This document shows, in pieces, positions 37,891 to 48,711 of a stretch of DNA of 64,000 nt (position 1 is the stretch's first letter; each line of letters begins with the position of its first letter). This DNA comes from Bdellovibrionales bacterium (GTDB lineage: Bacteria; Bdellovibrionota; Bdellovibrionia; Bdellovibrionales; UBA1609), in contig CBDHDF010000010.1 of assembly GCA_965261545.1 (NCBI GenBank), positions 704,001-768,000 on the forward strand. The letters are read 5' to 3'. Under the pieces are notes generated by a model. That model saw only the letters and a list, made by a program, of their open reading frames with translations, was not told where the DNA came from and made no database searches. Position numbers and translations under genes: made by a program.

Positions 37891-38886
37891 ATGATTAAAA
37901 TCATGAGAAGTGTTTCAGATATAAAATTTAGTCCTTGCGCCCTTTGTATTGGCAAATTTGATGGAGTTCATAGAGGACACCAAGCTTTACTTAAAGCTAT
38001 GACCTCCAGCGATTCAAAATTGAAAAAAACTGTTCTGAGTTTTCATCCTCATCCCATGGAGGTTCTCCAACCCGAAAAAGATTGTTTTAAGGTACAGCAA
38101 TCCTCAGAAATGCCCGGCTTATTGAGTCAATATGGTGTGGATCTTCTCATTTGGCATCCATTTACAAAGTCTTTTGCTGAACTGAGTCCCAAGGAATTTG
38201 TGACTCGCTGGTTGGTGCCTTATATTCAGCCTCAATTGATTGTTGTGGGTGAAAATTTTCGTTTTGGCTGTGGGAAGTCTGGAAATGTTGACCTTCTCAA
38301 AAGCTATGGGGAAGAGCTTCGATTCAAAGTGCTTGTTGTTCCTACAGTTTTGGATAATAAGAATAATAAGGGTAATAAGGATAAGACAGGAGATCAACTT
38401 CAAAGGATTTCTAGCACAGTTGTGAGAAAAGCCCTTTCTCAAGGTCATATTACCTATGCGAGTCAGTTGCTAGGACGTCCGTACTTTTTAGAAGGGGCCT
38501 GCCAAACTGGAGATGGCGTGGGTCGTACGTTGGGTTTTCCAACTCTCAATATTCCCCTCGAAGAGAAGCTCTCCATTCGGTCAGGGGTTTATATTTGTCA
38601 CTTGGTCTCTGAGGGAAAAAGGCACCCCTGTATTGCTAATATTGGAAGGGCTCCAACAATCCATAAAAATCGCCCCCCCCTTCTTGAAGTTCATATGTTC
38701 AATTTTGTGTCACCTCAAGGAATCGTCCAGATCGAGTTTCAAGATTTTCTGAGGCCAGAAATAAAATTTCCAGGAACAGAAGAGCTTGTACACCAAATTC
38801 AAAAGGATGTTGAGAAAGCCAAAGCTTTTTTTTCAGTGGGTATTCGAAAGCTTGGCATGACATTTGGTGCCCGCAGAGGGACTTGA
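37891..38886 (+). CDS. ribF: Bifunctional riboflavin kinase/FAD synthetase
   Basis: IGKFDGVHRGHQ, VGENFRFG, ISST, GRTLGFPTLN, LEVH, LRPEIKF. Confidence 0.93.
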   Translation: MIKIMRSVSDIKFSPCALCIGKFDGVHRGHQALLKAMTSSDSKLKKTVLSFHPHPMEVLQPEKDCFKVQQSSEMPGLLSQYGVDLLIWHPFTKSFAELSPKEFVTRWLVPYIQPQLIVVGENFRFGCGKSGNVDLLKSYGEELRFKVLVVPTVLDNKNNKGNKDKTGDQLQRISSTVVRKALSQGHITYASQLLGRPYFLEGACQTGDGVGRTLGFPTLNIPLEEKLSIRSGVYICHLVSEGKRHPCIANIGRAPTIHKNRPPLLEVHMFNFVSPQGIVQIEFQDFLRPEIKFPGTEELVHQIQKDVEKAKAFFSVGIRKLGMTFGARRGT

Positions 38887-38949
38887 ACCCCCACGCCGAG
38901 AGGCACTAGATCCTAAGTCTAGCGTGTCTGCCAATTCCACCATGCGGGC
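38865..38949 (-). tRNA. tRNA-Leu (anticodon TAG), CCA encoded
   Basis: GCCCGCATGGTGGAATTGGCAGACACGCTAGACTTAGGATCTAG...GGGGGTTCAAGTCCCTCTGCGGGCACCA; long variable arm. Confidence 0.96.
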
Positions 38950-38998
38950 GCACAATAAGGAAGCCTATCAGCCCAATAAAGATAAACCAAGGAAAATT

Positions 38999-39409
38999 TT
39001 AAGTTTCAGAAGCTTCAGAAGCTTCAGAGATGAATTTCCTATATTCAGGGGCCCGCATGAGACTTGCAAGCTCTTTTTCTGTGTCCATCTCCACTTTCAC
39101 CAGCCACCCCTCGTTCATGGGGTCATCGTTGAGGGGGCCTGGGTCATCCACCAACCCTAGATTGATTTCAATGATCGTTCCTGAGACGGGAGACATGAGG
39201 TCACTTGCTGCCTTTACGCTTTCAATAACACCAAAGCTTTCACCTTGAGTGACCTTACTTCCCTCTTCGGGAATTTCAATATATACAATTTCACCCAGCT
39301 GATCTTGAGCGTACTCAGTGATGCCCACCGTAACAATATTCTCATCCACTTGGGCCCATTCATGCTCTTTGGTGTAGTAGTTTTCTTCAGGGACATGTAT
39401 TTTCCTCAT
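38999..39409 (-). CDS. gcvH: Glycine cleavage system H protein
   Basis: YTKEHEW, GITEYAQDQLG, lipoyl-Lys motif IESVKAASD. Confidence 0.95.
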   Translation of the reverse strand: MRKIHVPEENYYTKEHEWAQVDENIVTVGITEYAQDQLGEIVYIEIPEEGSKVTQGESFGVIESVKAASDLMSPVSGTIIEINLGLVDDPGPLNDDPMNEGWLVKVEMDTEKELASLMRAPEYRKFISEASEASET

Positions 39410-39436
39410 TTTTAACTCCTTGAAGTACCTTAGGTA

Positions 39437-40531
39437 CTATTTTTGGGTGTTTAAGAAAGGTGTTTTCACCACCGTTGCCCTTACCTTCTGTTGACGAATC
39501 TCTACCATGAACTCTGTACCTACCTCACTGAAAACCTTGTTCACATAGGCAATGCCAATCCCTTTTTCTAGCATGGGGGATAGAGTTCCACTAGTTACTT
39601 TACCAATCTCATTGTTGTCAAAATCAAATAACTTGTATCCCTGGCGGGGGATTCCTTTTTCTTGCATTTGAAAACCCACAATTTTTTGTGGAAGCCCCGC
39701 TTCCTTCGCCTCTAGTATGGCTTTTCGGCCCAGAAAGTCTTTGATTTTTGGTTTGACAACCCAGCCGAGTCCCGCCGCATAGGGGTTTGAATTTTCGTCA
39801 ATTTCATGACCATAAAGACTATATTTCATTTCAATGCGCAGGGTATCCCTCGCCCCCAATCCAGCAGGCTTCACACCAAACTCAACTCCCTTGTCCATAA
39901 ATTCGGACCATAGGCAAGGAGCGTCATTCCATGGCACAAAAATTTCACAGCCAAGTTCTCCTGTGTAGCCTGTTTGAGCAAGGATATGACCTCCTCGAAC
40001 GGCCTTTAAAAATTGAAAAGGGCGCAGAAACAAAACCTGCACCTCAGGATAAATGCGAGACATCAGCTTCATAGAACTTGGCCCCTGAACGGCAATTTGT
40101 GCCCAACTCATGCTTTCATTGGTGATCTCACCGCCACAACTATTTTTGAGAATCCATTGAAAATCTTTTTGGGTATTTGCAGCATTGACACAAAGCAAAT
40201 AGTCACGTCCCTTTTCCAAGCAATAAACAATGAGGTCGTCCACAACGCCTCCCCCCTCATTGGCCATTAAGCTATATTGGGCATGACCTGATAAAAGGGG
40301 TTCAACATGATTTGTCGTCATCCACTCAACGGTTTCTAAGGCACCTTCTCCCCGTATGCGAATTTCACCCATATGTGAGACGTCAAACAAACCCACTTGC
40401 GTTCGAACAGCTTTGTGCTCTTGTCGAAGACCTTCGTATTGAAGGGGCATTTCCCAACCAGAAAAACTGACCATTTTTGCTTGAGCTTTGAGATGTTCTC
40501 CATGGAGAGGAGTTCGATTTAAGCCAGGCAA
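39437..40531 (-). CDS. gcvT: Glycine cleavage system aminomethyltransferase T
   Basis: RTPL, GLFDVSHMG, TGYTGE, GLGARDTLRIE; TTG start after GGAGG. Confidence 0.94.
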   Translation of the reverse strand: MPGLNRTPLHGEHLKAQAKMVSFSGWEMPLQYEGLRQEHKAVRTQVGLFDVSHMGEIRIRGEGALETVEWMTTNHVEPLLSGHAQYSLMANEGGGVVDDLIVYCLEKGRDYLLCVNAANTQKDFQWILKNSCGGEITNESMSWAQIAVQGPSSMKLMSRIYPEVQVLFLRPFQFLKAVRGGHILAQTGYTGELGCEIFVPWNDAPCLWSEFMDKGVEFGVKPAGLGARDTLRIEMKYSLYGHEIDENSNPYAAGLGWVVKPKIKDFLGRKAILEAKEAGLPQKIVGFQMQEKGIPRQGYKLFDFDNNEIGKVTSGTLSPMLEKGIGIAYVNKVFSEVGTEFMVEIRQQKVRATVVKTPFLNTQK

Positions 40532-40716
40532 AGATCCTCCTTTGTGAAAAAATATTTTTGAAAAAATTAAAGATAACAAACAACCTTGGACTCCACAAGC
40601 CTTTCGAAAGCATTCGCACTGGCAGTGGCTGGTATTTTGGCCCTTGGGTTGACACGGGCAGAGAAAAAGACGCCGCTTTCCCTTGACCTACAATTTCTTG
40701 ATCTACAATTCTTATC

Positions 40717-43593
40717 TTAGAGTTGCCCTCTTATTCTTGCGCGTATTTCAGAGGCATCGGGGGCATTGGGAGCTAAGATAAGATATTTCTCATAGGCTTG
40801 GAGGGCGTCCCTATTTCCTTCCAATTCATATATAGCACCCAATTCACGGTAAATAAGGGGATTTCCAGACTCGATTCTCTTGGCTTGATCGAGCATGGAT
40901 TTTGCCACATCTGTATTCCCCGACTTTCGATAACATCGAGCCAGCTTAATATAGGTTTCTGAGCTTTGGGGGCTTATTTGAATGGCCTTTTGGTATTCTC
41001 GTCCGCAGAGAGTGTACTTTTCCATGCTTGTGTAAGCCTCGGCAGAAAGAAGGTAGGGTGCGGACCCAGAGTTGACTTTTCTCTCCTCCTCAGCCTGTCT
41101 CAAAGCTTCTTTGGAATTGTTTTGTTGAAGTGCAATTTGCCCCAGGTAGTAATGGGCCAACGGAAATCTATTGTTAACCTTTACAGTTCTTAAAAACTGA
41201 ATTCTTGCTTCTTTGAGTTTGGCACTATGGAAGTAAATAAGACCTGTTTGAAAAATAGCCTCTGGATCTGAGGGGTCTAAAATGGCAGCTTTTAAAAAGG
41301 CACCCAAAGCTTGGTTAAATTTTCCTTGAGACTTAAGGGCGCGCCCCAAACCCAAGAAAGCCTCCTTGGACCTTTCTTGAATTTGTGAAACCTGTCGATA
41401 CACGCCCTCGGCTTGAGAATATCGCTCATCCTCTAACATGACATCTCCTAGGGCTAGCCGGTACCCAAGCGTCAGGGGGAGGCTGGCAATAAGTTCCGAA
41501 AAATAGGCGATGGCTGCGTCCACACCCTGCACTCCCACCAAAGATTTTCCGTAGGCAATCTGAGCCGCCTTGTTGGCTCCATTGATTTCAAGGGCTTTGG
41601 CTGCTGCTGAGTAGGCAGATTGAAAGGGACTTTCCTTGGGCTTGGCAGATCCTTTTGTTCGTAGGCGTCCCCATTTCATATAGGATCTTGATAAGATAAT
41701 TAATGATTCAACATCGGCTTCGTAGAGGCCCAAGGCTTGTTTGGCAAAGTGAACGGCTCCCTGGTGATTTCCTCTTCGTTGCTCTATAAAAGCGTAGCCC
41801 CGGTAAATTTCATAACTTCTTGGGGCTTTTTTTTGGGCCTTAGATAGGACTTGTATGGCCGCAAGGTAATTGTATCTTTGGCTGTAGTAATCAGCGAGAT
41901 AAATGTAAGCTTCAATCAATTCAGGTTCGGCGAGGATGGCTTTATTGAGCCAATCAATAGCTTCCATGGAAAAACTCAATTTCCACAAACATTTAGCCGC
42001 CCTCATGGCTGCCACTCCATTTTGAGGATGACTCTCATAAGCAGCCTTGTAGTGGGCTTGAGCAGCCTGACAATCCCCCAATCGAAGAAATTGATCTCCC
42101 TGGTATACAAGTTGTTGGTCACTAAGGGGAGAGTCTTGCAGTTTTTCGCTCCCTCCCAGTTGAACAATCATAGACTTGGTAAATTGATTGGATGGGTCCC
42201 ATGCATAGGACTTTTGTGCCGCTTGCAATGCTTGTTTTTTTCGTTCTTCTGATTGAAAGATTTGTGCAAGAGTCAAATAAGCTTGAGCCATAATAAGGCT
42301 GTTGGCTTGGTCATTGATTTTTAGAGCTTCGTTAATAAGAGTCTTTGCCGCCTCTTTGCGTTTGTAAAAGAAATACTCTAGGTGCCCCCAGCGAATGCGT
42401 GCTTCAACATGATTGGGATTGGCTTGGGTGATTTCCTTGAGTCGCTTTATGGCAGCATCATACTGCTTGGAGCGGATAAGTAAATCGGCCTCTAGAGAGT
42501 AAAGCTTGAGCCAAGAGGGCCATAATTTTTGTGCTGAATTTAAGTATTCAAGAGACACCATAAATTTTTCCTCACCAGCTAAGATCAGGGCTCTTAAATA
42601 AAAGAAATATGTAGGAACTTCGCTGGAAGAGCCAAATCTGTTTAAAATATTCTCAATAACCACCTTCGCGGGATTGGTTTTTCTACTTGTAATGAGCTTC
42701 ACCACACGGCATGTGGTTCCCCTGGGTCCTGTGGAATCTATCAAGGTCGCCGCTTGGGTGGCTTGCGAAATGACCTTTAAATTGTGATTGTTTTGATTCA
42801 CATAGGGCCATAGTTCTAAGTAAGTCATGCATAAACCCTGGTAGGCATCTATATTTTTTTTTGCTCCCTCCGCAACCTGAACAAATATATTTTGAGCTTG
42901 AGAGTAACCCCACTGAGTGTCGAGGAGAAAAAAGCTAAAAGCCTTTTTCAGCTTCCCTGCGGCTTCGTCGGGGGTAAGTGTGGTCGGAACTTCTTGCCTT
43001 GGAGCAATGAGTTGTTGTTGAGTGCCCTTTGTTGAAGTTGAGTCTGGGTTTTTGAGTCCGAAGATAATGAGAAGAGCCGCCGCAGTTCCCAGTGTGAGGG
43101 GTAAAAAAAGGCGCGACCCTAGACTTTGGTTTTTTCCCTGGGAGCTTGGCTCTCCCTTCTTTTTGAGATCAATGACAGTGCCACCCGGAACCTCCTTGGA
43201 GTCTGTTCCCTCGGAATTTTGTCTTTTGGGGTCTTGTTCTTTGGAGTCTTTTTTTAGGGGGGAACTCTGAGGGCTCTGAAAGGGCGACTGAGTGAAGGGC
43301 TCAGAGTCTGAAGTGAACTCTTCAGAAAGATGTAGGGGAAATGGTTCAAAGTCCTCCTTGGGAGAGTCGCTATCTTCGGGAAGGGAGTCCACCTGCCTTT
43401 GAGCATTTTCCAGGGCATTTAATATTTCATCGTAGAGTTGAGGTTCTTTGGCCATGGAACGCCACTGGCCACTGGGGTATTCGGAAAGCATCTCTTCGCC
43501 CGAAAACTCTTCATGGCGAATTCCATGGAGAAGCTCTTGGGTAGATAGGGGACCTAAGATTTTCCCATCGAGTCGACGAACCAACCAAACCAT
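40717..43593 (-). CDS. Membrane-anchored TPR protein with N-terminal GYF_2-like domain
   Basis: WLVR...GKILGPLS...GQW N-terminus, single TM, many TPR-like helices. Confidence 0.8.
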   Translation of the reverse strand: MVWLVRRLDGKILGPLSTQELLHGIRHEEFSGEEMLSEYPSGQWRSMAKEPQLYDEILNALENAQRQVDSLPEDSDSPKEDFEPFPLHLSEEFTSDSEPFTQSPFQSPQSSPLKKDSKEQDPKRQNSEGTDSKEVPGGTVIDLKKKGEPSSQGKNQSLGSRLFLPLTLGTAAALLIIFGLKNPDSTSTKGTQQQLIAPRQEVPTTLTPDEAAGKLKKAFSFFLLDTQWGYSQAQNIFVQVAEGAKKNIDAYQGLCMTYLELWPYVNQNNHNLKVISQATQAATLIDSTGPRGTTCRVVKLITSRKTNPAKVVIENILNRFGSSSEVPTYFFYLRALILAGEEKFMVSLEYLNSAQKLWPSWLKLYSLEADLLIRSKQYDAAIKRLKEITQANPNHVEARIRWGHLEYFFYKRKEAAKTLINEALKINDQANSLIMAQAYLTLAQIFQSEERKKQALQAAQKSYAWDPSNQFTKSMIVQLGGSEKLQDSPLSDQQLVYQGDQFLRLGDCQAAQAHYKAAYESHPQNGVAAMRAAKCLWKLSFSMEAIDWLNKAILAEPELIEAYIYLADYYSQRYNYLAAIQVLSKAQKKAPRSYEIYRGYAFIEQRRGNHQGAVHFAKQALGLYEADVESLIILSRSYMKWGRLRTKGSAKPKESPFQSAYSAAAKALEINGANKAAQIAYGKSLVGVQGVDAAIAYFSELIASLPLTLGYRLALGDVMLEDERYSQAEGVYRQVSQIQERSKEAFLGLGRALKSQGKFNQALGAFLKAAILDPSDPEAIFQTGLIYFHSAKLKEARIQFLRTVKVNNRFPLAHYYLGQIALQQNNSKEALRQAEEERKVNSGSAPYLLSAEAYTSMEKYTLCGREYQKAIQISPQSSETYIKLARCYRKSGNTDVAKSMLDQAKRIESGNPLIYRELGAIYELEGNRDALQAYEKYLILAPNAPDASEIRARIRGQL

Positions 43594-43630
43594 TTTTGCA
43601 CTCTTACCTTGTTGTTACTCTTGTTTAGAA

Positions 43631-44440
43631 CTAGAAATAATAAATCAAGCCGGAGCCTCCTGTAAGCTCAGTGGCCATTTCACTCACATTAAACAGAGCG
43701 AGAGCCTCCAAATAAATGGAGAACCCTTGCCATGGGCCATCCAGTTGAACCCATTGAAGTCCTACGCCTGGATAGATCATATTTTCATTGAGTTCCCCTG
43801 TTCTTTTTTCTTTGTCACTTAGAAATTTCTTTGAAACGAAGTTGGGCGTGGTATTCATCCTAGGTTTTGGGTTTCCTGTGGAATACCATCGAGCCAAGCC
43901 TAAAGATAGGTAGGGGAGGAGACTGCTGCTACCCAAAATTTTTTTCACTTGGAAGTGATAGCTTTGATAGCCAGGGCCAAGACCAAAGCCACCTAAAATG
44001 CTCATTTCTGGAGTAAAGTTAATTTCTAGTTGAGCCCCTGCGACCCCTAGAGGGCCAGCCACTCCAAAGCCAATTCCCACTTTTCGTTGGTGTCGGAGGT
44101 CGAGGCCCCGTGTGATATAACCTGAGTAGGATTTATTCACGACTCGTCCTCCATTTTTTACGAAGGGCCTATTCATTTTCACCATAGAAGTGGCTTTTGC
44201 GGGGGAGCCAAGTCCAAGGGTGAAGGTGCTCAAGAAGTTGGGTGTGTCCAAAAAAGTGAGCGTGGTGAAAACGGTGAGTGCCCACAGAACGAACGTCCAT
44301 GGCCGGAGAAGTCGGCAATCTTTCCATGAAAGCAAGCTCAGTGCGTCCTTCCATAGGTACGTAGACCTTATTTTTATATGTGTATTTTTATTTACATTTG
44401 TATTTACACTTATGTTTGTATTTTGGGTTTCTTTTTTCAT
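43631..44440 (-). CDS. Hypothetical outer-membrane beta-barrel-like protein
   Basis: Gly/aromatic alternating strands, C-terminal GLIYYF. Confidence 0.6.
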   Translation of the reverse strand: MKKETQNTNISVNTNVNKNTHIKIRSTYLWKDALSLLSWKDCRLLRPWTFVLWALTVFTTLTFLDTPNFLSTFTLGLGSPAKATSMVKMNRPFVKNGGRVVNKSYSGYITRGLDLRHQRKVGIGFGVAGPLGVAGAQLEINFTPEMSILGGFGLGPGYQSYHFQVKKILGSSSLLPYLSLGLARWYSTGNPKPRMNTTPNFVSKKFLSDKEKRTGELNENMIYPGVGLQWVQLDGPWQGFSIYLEALALFNVSEMATELTGGSGLIYYF

Positions 44441-44713
44441 AATTCCCTCCCCATGTTCCCTATGACTTCCTTTTTAGGACCTATGCTTTCCTGGACCTTG
44501 ATGATTGTTTTGTTGTTTTTCTTTTTTACTTGTCTTAGCTTTCAAAAACTTTCAACTTCAAAGACTGCCAAGTTTTTGATAGTATGACAATAGTATGACA
44601 TTTTAAAGGTATGTGGTAAAGATATCTGGAATGAAAACCGCCTGAGCAATATGATAGAAATAGATAGGCAGGCAGGTAGATAGATACTATGATAATGATA
44701 TGAAAGGAATCTT

Positions 44714-45658
44714 ATGAAGCATTGTAGAAAAAAAATCACCGTGGTGGGAGGGGGCTTTGTCGGCTCCACATGTGCCCATTGGGCGGCATCAAAGGAGTTG
44801 GGAGATGTGGTTTTGGTGGATATCAATGAGGGAGTCGCCCAAGGCAAAGCCCTCGATCTTTTCGAAGCTTCTCCTGTTGAGGGTTTTGATGCTCAGGTGA
44901 GGGGAACGAGCGACTACGGAGAAACGGCTGGCTCCGATGTGGTCATTATCACAGCGGGATTGCCTCGAAAACCTGGCATGAGCCGTGATGACCTCCTTTC
45001 CTCTAATGCCAAAATTATGAAAACCGTTTGTGAGAATATCAAAAAGCATGCTCCCCAATCGGTTGTTATTGTGGTGAGCAATCCTCTCGATGCTATGTGC
45101 TATATTGCCAAGCGCACCTTAGGTTTTCCAAAAGAGCGTGTCATTGGTATGGCTGGCATTCTTGACGGCGCTCGTTTTCGATCCTTTGTTGCAGAGGCCA
45201 CAGGAGTGAGCGTCAAAGATATTCACGCCTTTGTGTTAGGTGGCCATGGTGATACCATGGTTCCCATGCCCAGGCATTGTTCCATTGGTGGGGTTCCGTT
45301 GACAGAAATGCTTCCTTCCGATCAAATTGATGCCATTGTGGAGCGTACGCGCAAGGGAGGAGCTGAAATTGTAGGGCTACTCAAAACGGGCTCCGCCTAT
45401 TATGCGCCCTCGGCCAGTGCCGTTGAAATGGCCGCAGCTATTCTCAAAGATCAAAATCGCATCCTTCCCTGTGCGGCTTTTTTGCAAGGAGAGTATGGGG
45501 TCAGTGATATATTTTTAGGGGTTCCCTGTCAGCTAGGTGGAAAGGGTCTTGTCAAAGTGATTGAACTGGAACTTAATGAAACGGAAAAAGCAGGTCTCCA
45601 AAATTCCATTCAATCTGTGCAAAATCTTATGAGTGCCCTGCAAACCCTCGGCGTTTAG
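44714..45658 (+). CDS. mdh: Malate dehydrogenase (LDH-like)
   Basis: [33 protein letters not shown]. Confidence 0.96.
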   Translation: MKHCRKKITVVGGGFVGSTCAHWAASKELGDVVLVDINEGVAQGKALDLFEASPVEGFDAQVRGTSDYGETAGSDVVIITAGLPRKPGMSRDDLLSSNAKIMKTVCENIKKHAPQSVVIVVSNPLDAMCYIAKRTLGFPKERVIGMAGILDGARFRSFVAEATGVSVKDIHAFVLGGHGDTMVPMPRHCSIGGVPLTEMLPSDQIDAIVERTRKGGAEIVGLLKTGSAYYAPSASAVEMAAAILKDQNRILPCAAFLQGEYGVSDIFLGVPCQLGGKGLVKVIELELNETEKAGLQNSIQSVQNLMSALQTLGV

Positions 45659-45803
45659 AACAATCATTCAGTGTTGAATCACTCAGGGATGAGTCACTAA
45701 AGTTGAGATACATAAAATACTAAGATATCAATAAGTAGTAAGCAATAAAATATCAATAAACAGTTAAGATATTAAGTATTTCGGAGTCCAGGAGTTAAAA
45801 ACA

Positions 45804-46973
45804 ATGAATATCCATGAATATCAAGCCAAAGAAATTCTTCAGCATTTTGACCTTCCCACCCTAAAAGGTCGAGTGGCCTATACTGTCGATGATGCTGTTA
45901 AAGCAGCCCAGGAGCTGGAGGGTGATGTATGGGTGGTTAAGGCCCAAGTTCATGCCGGGGGCCGAGGAAAAGCGGGCGGAGTCAAAGTAGCTCATTCCCT
46001 GAAAGAAGTGCAAGAACATGCCAAAGCCATTCTGGGCATGAAGCTTGTGACTCACCAAACGGGCTCTGAGGGCAAGGTGGTTCACAAGGTCTTCATTGAA
46101 TCTGGTTGCCGCATCACCAAGGAGTATTATCTGGCGGCCCTCGTCCATCGAGGGACCCAACAAGTGTCTCTTATTGCCAGTTCCCAAGGGGGCATGGATA
46201 TAGAGGAGGTGGCGAACAAAAATCCTGAACTCATTCACCAGGTGATTGTGGATTCTGCCGTGGGGCTAACGGGGTTTCAAGCAAGGCAGCTTGCCTTTGC
46301 CGTGGGTTTTGAGGGCAAAGCTGTTCAGAAAGCCGTCAAGTGCTTCTTGAGTTTGTACAAAGCTTTTGTAGAAACGGATAGCTCCATGGCCGAAATCAAT
46401 CCCCTTGTTGAAACTGAAGAGGGAGAGGTCCTCGCTTTGGATGCCAAAATGAACTTCGATCCAAATGCTCTTTATAGGCACCCTGAAATCATAGAGTATC
46501 GGGATATCACAGAGGAGGACCCCGCAGAGGTTGAGGCCAGTCAGCATGGATTGGCTTTTATTAAGTTGGATGGAGAGATTGGTTGCCTTGTCAATGGGGC
46601 GGGACTTGCCATGGCTACCATGGATATCATTCAAATGCATGGGGGCAGCCCGGCCAACTTTCTCGATGTGGGTGGAGGAGCCAATAAAGAAAAAGTGACC
46701 GAAGCTTTTAAATTGATTTTAAAAGACACCAATGTGAAAGGCATTCTCATCAATATCTTCGGTGGTATCATGAGATGTGATGTGATCGCCGAAGGGGTGA
46801 TTGCCGCCACCAAGGAGCTTGATTTAAAAGCTCCCTTAGTTGTTCGGCTTGCGGGGACCAATGTGGAGCTTGGCAAGAAGAAACTTAGCGAAAGTGGCTT
46901 GAGTATTATTGCCGCAGATGGCTTGAACGATGCCGCTCAAAAAATCGTCTCAGCGGTGAAGGAAGGAGTTTGA
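45804..46973 (+). CDS. sucC: Succinyl-CoA synthetase beta subunit
   Basis: [40 protein letters not shown]. Confidence 0.97.
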   Translation: MNIHEYQAKEILQHFDLPTLKGRVAYTVDDAVKAAQELEGDVWVVKAQVHAGGRGKAGGVKVAHSLKEVQEHAKAILGMKLVTHQTGSEGKVVHKVFIESGCRITKEYYLAALVHRGTQQVSLIASSQGGMDIEEVANKNPELIHQVIVDSAVGLTGFQARQLAFAVGFEGKAVQKAVKCFLSLYKAFVETDSSMAEINPLVETEEGEVLALDAKMNFDPNALYRHPEIIEYRDITEEDPAEVEASQHGLAFIKLDGEIGCLVNGAGLAMATMDIIQMHGGSPANFLDVGGGANKEKVTEAFKLILKDTNVKGILINIFGGIMRCDVIAEGVIAATKELDLKAPLVVRLAGTNVELGKKKLSESGLSIIAADGLNDAAQKIVSAVKEGV

Positions 46974-46974
46974 A

Positions 46975-47844
46975 ATGGCCATCCTTGTGAATAAAAATAC
47001 AAAGGTTTTATGCCAGGGTTTTACGGGGATCAACGGAACTTTTCATTCAGAACAGGCCATGGCCTATGGCACCCAAATGGTGGGTGGGGTGACCCCTGGA
47101 AAAGGGGGAGCCGAGCACTTGGGGTTACCCGTTTTCAATACGGTGGAAGAAGCCGTGGAGAGAACAGGGGCTCAAGCCTCTGTGATTTATGTGCCTCCCC
47201 CCTTTGCTGCGGATGCTATTATGGAAGCTGTGGATGCTGAGCTTGAACTTGTGGTTTGCATCACGGAGGGAATCCCCGTGATGGACATGGTCCATGTGTC
47301 TCGCTTTATGAAAGGGAAAAAAACAAGGCTCATTGGCCCCAATTGCCCCGGTGTCATCACACCAGGCGAGTGCAAGGTGGGCATTATGCCTGGGGCAATT
47401 CACAAGCCGGGTCCTATTGGTGTTTTGTCGAGATCGGGCACTCTCACTTATGAAGCTGTGGGGCAACTTTCGGCTATTGGCCTTGGGCAGAGCACCTGCG
47501 TGGGCATTGGTGGGGACCCCATTCACGGAACCAACTTTATTGATGTTTTAGAGATGTTCAATGCCGATGAGAACACAGAGGCCGTCATCATGTTGGGAGA
47601 AATTGGTGGCACGGGTGAAGAGGAAGCCGCCGAATATATTAAGCGTGAATTTAAGAAACCTGTGACGAGCTTTATCGCAGGAGCCACAGCTCCTCCCGGA
47701 AAGCGTATGGGTCATGCGGGAGCTATTATTAGTGGTGGCAAGGGCACGGCTGAAGCTAAATTCGAAGCTCTCGAATCTGCCGGCTGCCACATTGCTCGAA
47801 GTCCCGGAAACCTCGGCACAACTCTTCAGGCCAGCCTGTCTTAG
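46975..47844 (+). CDS. sucD: Succinyl-CoA synthetase alpha subunit
   Basis: [27 protein letters not shown]. Confidence 0.97.
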   Translation: MAILVNKNTKVLCQGFTGINGTFHSEQAMAYGTQMVGGVTPGKGGAEHLGLPVFNTVEEAVERTGAQASVIYVPPPFAADAIMEAVDAELELVVCITEGIPVMDMVHVSRFMKGKKTRLIGPNCPGVITPGECKVGIMPGAIHKPGPIGVLSRSGTLTYEAVGQLSAIGLGQSTCVGIGGDPIHGTNFIDVLEMFNADENTEAVIMLGEIGGTGEEEAAEYIKREFKKPVTSFIAGATAPPGKRMGHAGAIISGGKGTAEAKFEALESAGCHIARSPGNLGTTLQASLS

Positions 47845-47847
47845 AAG

Positions 47848-48006
47848 TTACGGCGTCCTTACAAGGCGGAAACCGACATTGAGCCAGCGATAACAGGTCG
47901 AGCGTCGAACGTAGCCACGATCGGAAGAACGCAGGTAACGAGCCCTGCTGAACCAATTGCCGCCACGAACCTTGATGGCCAGCCTTGTTTGCCAGAGCCA
48001 GAGTTC
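47848..48006 (-). pseudogene. Orphan C-terminal fragment of an FGE-sulfatase (SUMF1)/C-lectin-fold protein
   Basis: Minus-strand frame absent from the ORF track reads KVRGGNWFSRARYLRSSDRGYVRRSTCYRWLNVGFRLVRTP*; locally GC-rich; no start codon. Confidence 0.7.
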
Positions 48007-48696
48007 TTAGTGTTCCCAAGCAAAAGACAAGGTTTTTTTAGATAAGGACCGCAATCTTTCTTGGTCAAATCTTAGCTCCTGTGTGGCCCCTGTGGACATC
48101 TCTAAGTTAAACAAACGAATGGACACCAAAGACCATTCTTGGGGCCAGCTATCGCTTATATTTCGCATTTTTAGAAGGGTTTCTGGGGCTCCTGAAAAGC
48201 CTTCTTCACCCTCCCATGGGAGAGTTAAATCCACGGGGTTTTGGCGAACCAGCTCTTCTAGGGGAAGCCAGATAGGCCCTATACTTTGGGTCTCGTGATC
48301 GAAGTAACATTGTGCTTCGATGGTCATGGAGCAGGGCTTTCCATGAACGCGCATATCATCAGAATGAAAAACAATTTTCACTTTCTCGTAGAGATCACAA
48401 ACTCTTTCGAGTTCTCCTCCTGGTCCTCGCACTGTGAAGTGACCCAGACGGAGACCAACTCCCTTACTTGATTTTTCTATGAAGGCTTTTTCAATAAGCC
48501 GTTTCTTAGAAATCATCTTCAAAGAGGTCTTCTGAAGAGTAGAAACATCAAATAAATTTATAGAAGCCGGAGAACGAAATTCTCCAGACCTTTCTTTGAG
48601 AGAGTAAATAGCTCCCTCCCATGAGTCAGTGATGAAATGAAAGCCCAATATCAATGGAGCAGCAAGAGCAAAGAGCCAGGTAATTTTCTTTTTCAA
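48007..48696 (-). CDS. Hypothetical exported/membrane-anchored protein
   Basis: N-terminal hydrophobic segment, RSPAS motif, 3 Cys; GAGG RBS; follows fliA. Confidence 0.65.
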   Translation of the reverse strand: MKKKITWLFALAAPLILGFHFITDSWEGAIYSLKERSGEFRSPASINLFDVSTLQKTSLKMISKKRLIEKAFIEKSSKGVGLRLGHFTVRGPGGELERVCDLYEKVKIVFHSDDMRVHGKPCSMTIEAQCYFDHETQSIGPIWLPLEELVRQNPVDLTLPWEGEEGFSGAPETLLKMRNISDSWPQEWSLVSIRLFNLEMSTGATQELRFDQERLRSLSKKTLSFAWEH

Positions 48697-48711
48697 AATA
48701 AACCTCGCAGG

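Noticed and set aside
38865..38949. tRNA-Leu as the integration site of an island
   Set aside because: No integrase and no duplicated tRNA 3' end seen; flanks are housekeeping genes
38864..39160. ORF MVPAEGLEPPR
   Set aside because: Typical antisense translation of a tRNA gene
38999..40531. Absence of gcvP next to gcvT-gcvH
   Set aside because: Split gcv operons are common and this cannot be judged from one window
40580..40716. Glycine riboswitch upstream of gcvT
   Set aside because: No GGAGA...CCGAAG...CTCAGG aptamer motifs visible on the minus strand
47848..48006. Calling a complete DGR here
   Set aside because: No reverse transcriptase, accessory gene or second repeat copy in this window
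47756..48068. Track ORFs 47756-48019(-) and 47859-48068(-) as genes
   Set aside because: They overlap real genes and lack motifs; the meaningful signal is in the third minus frame (FGE-like tail)
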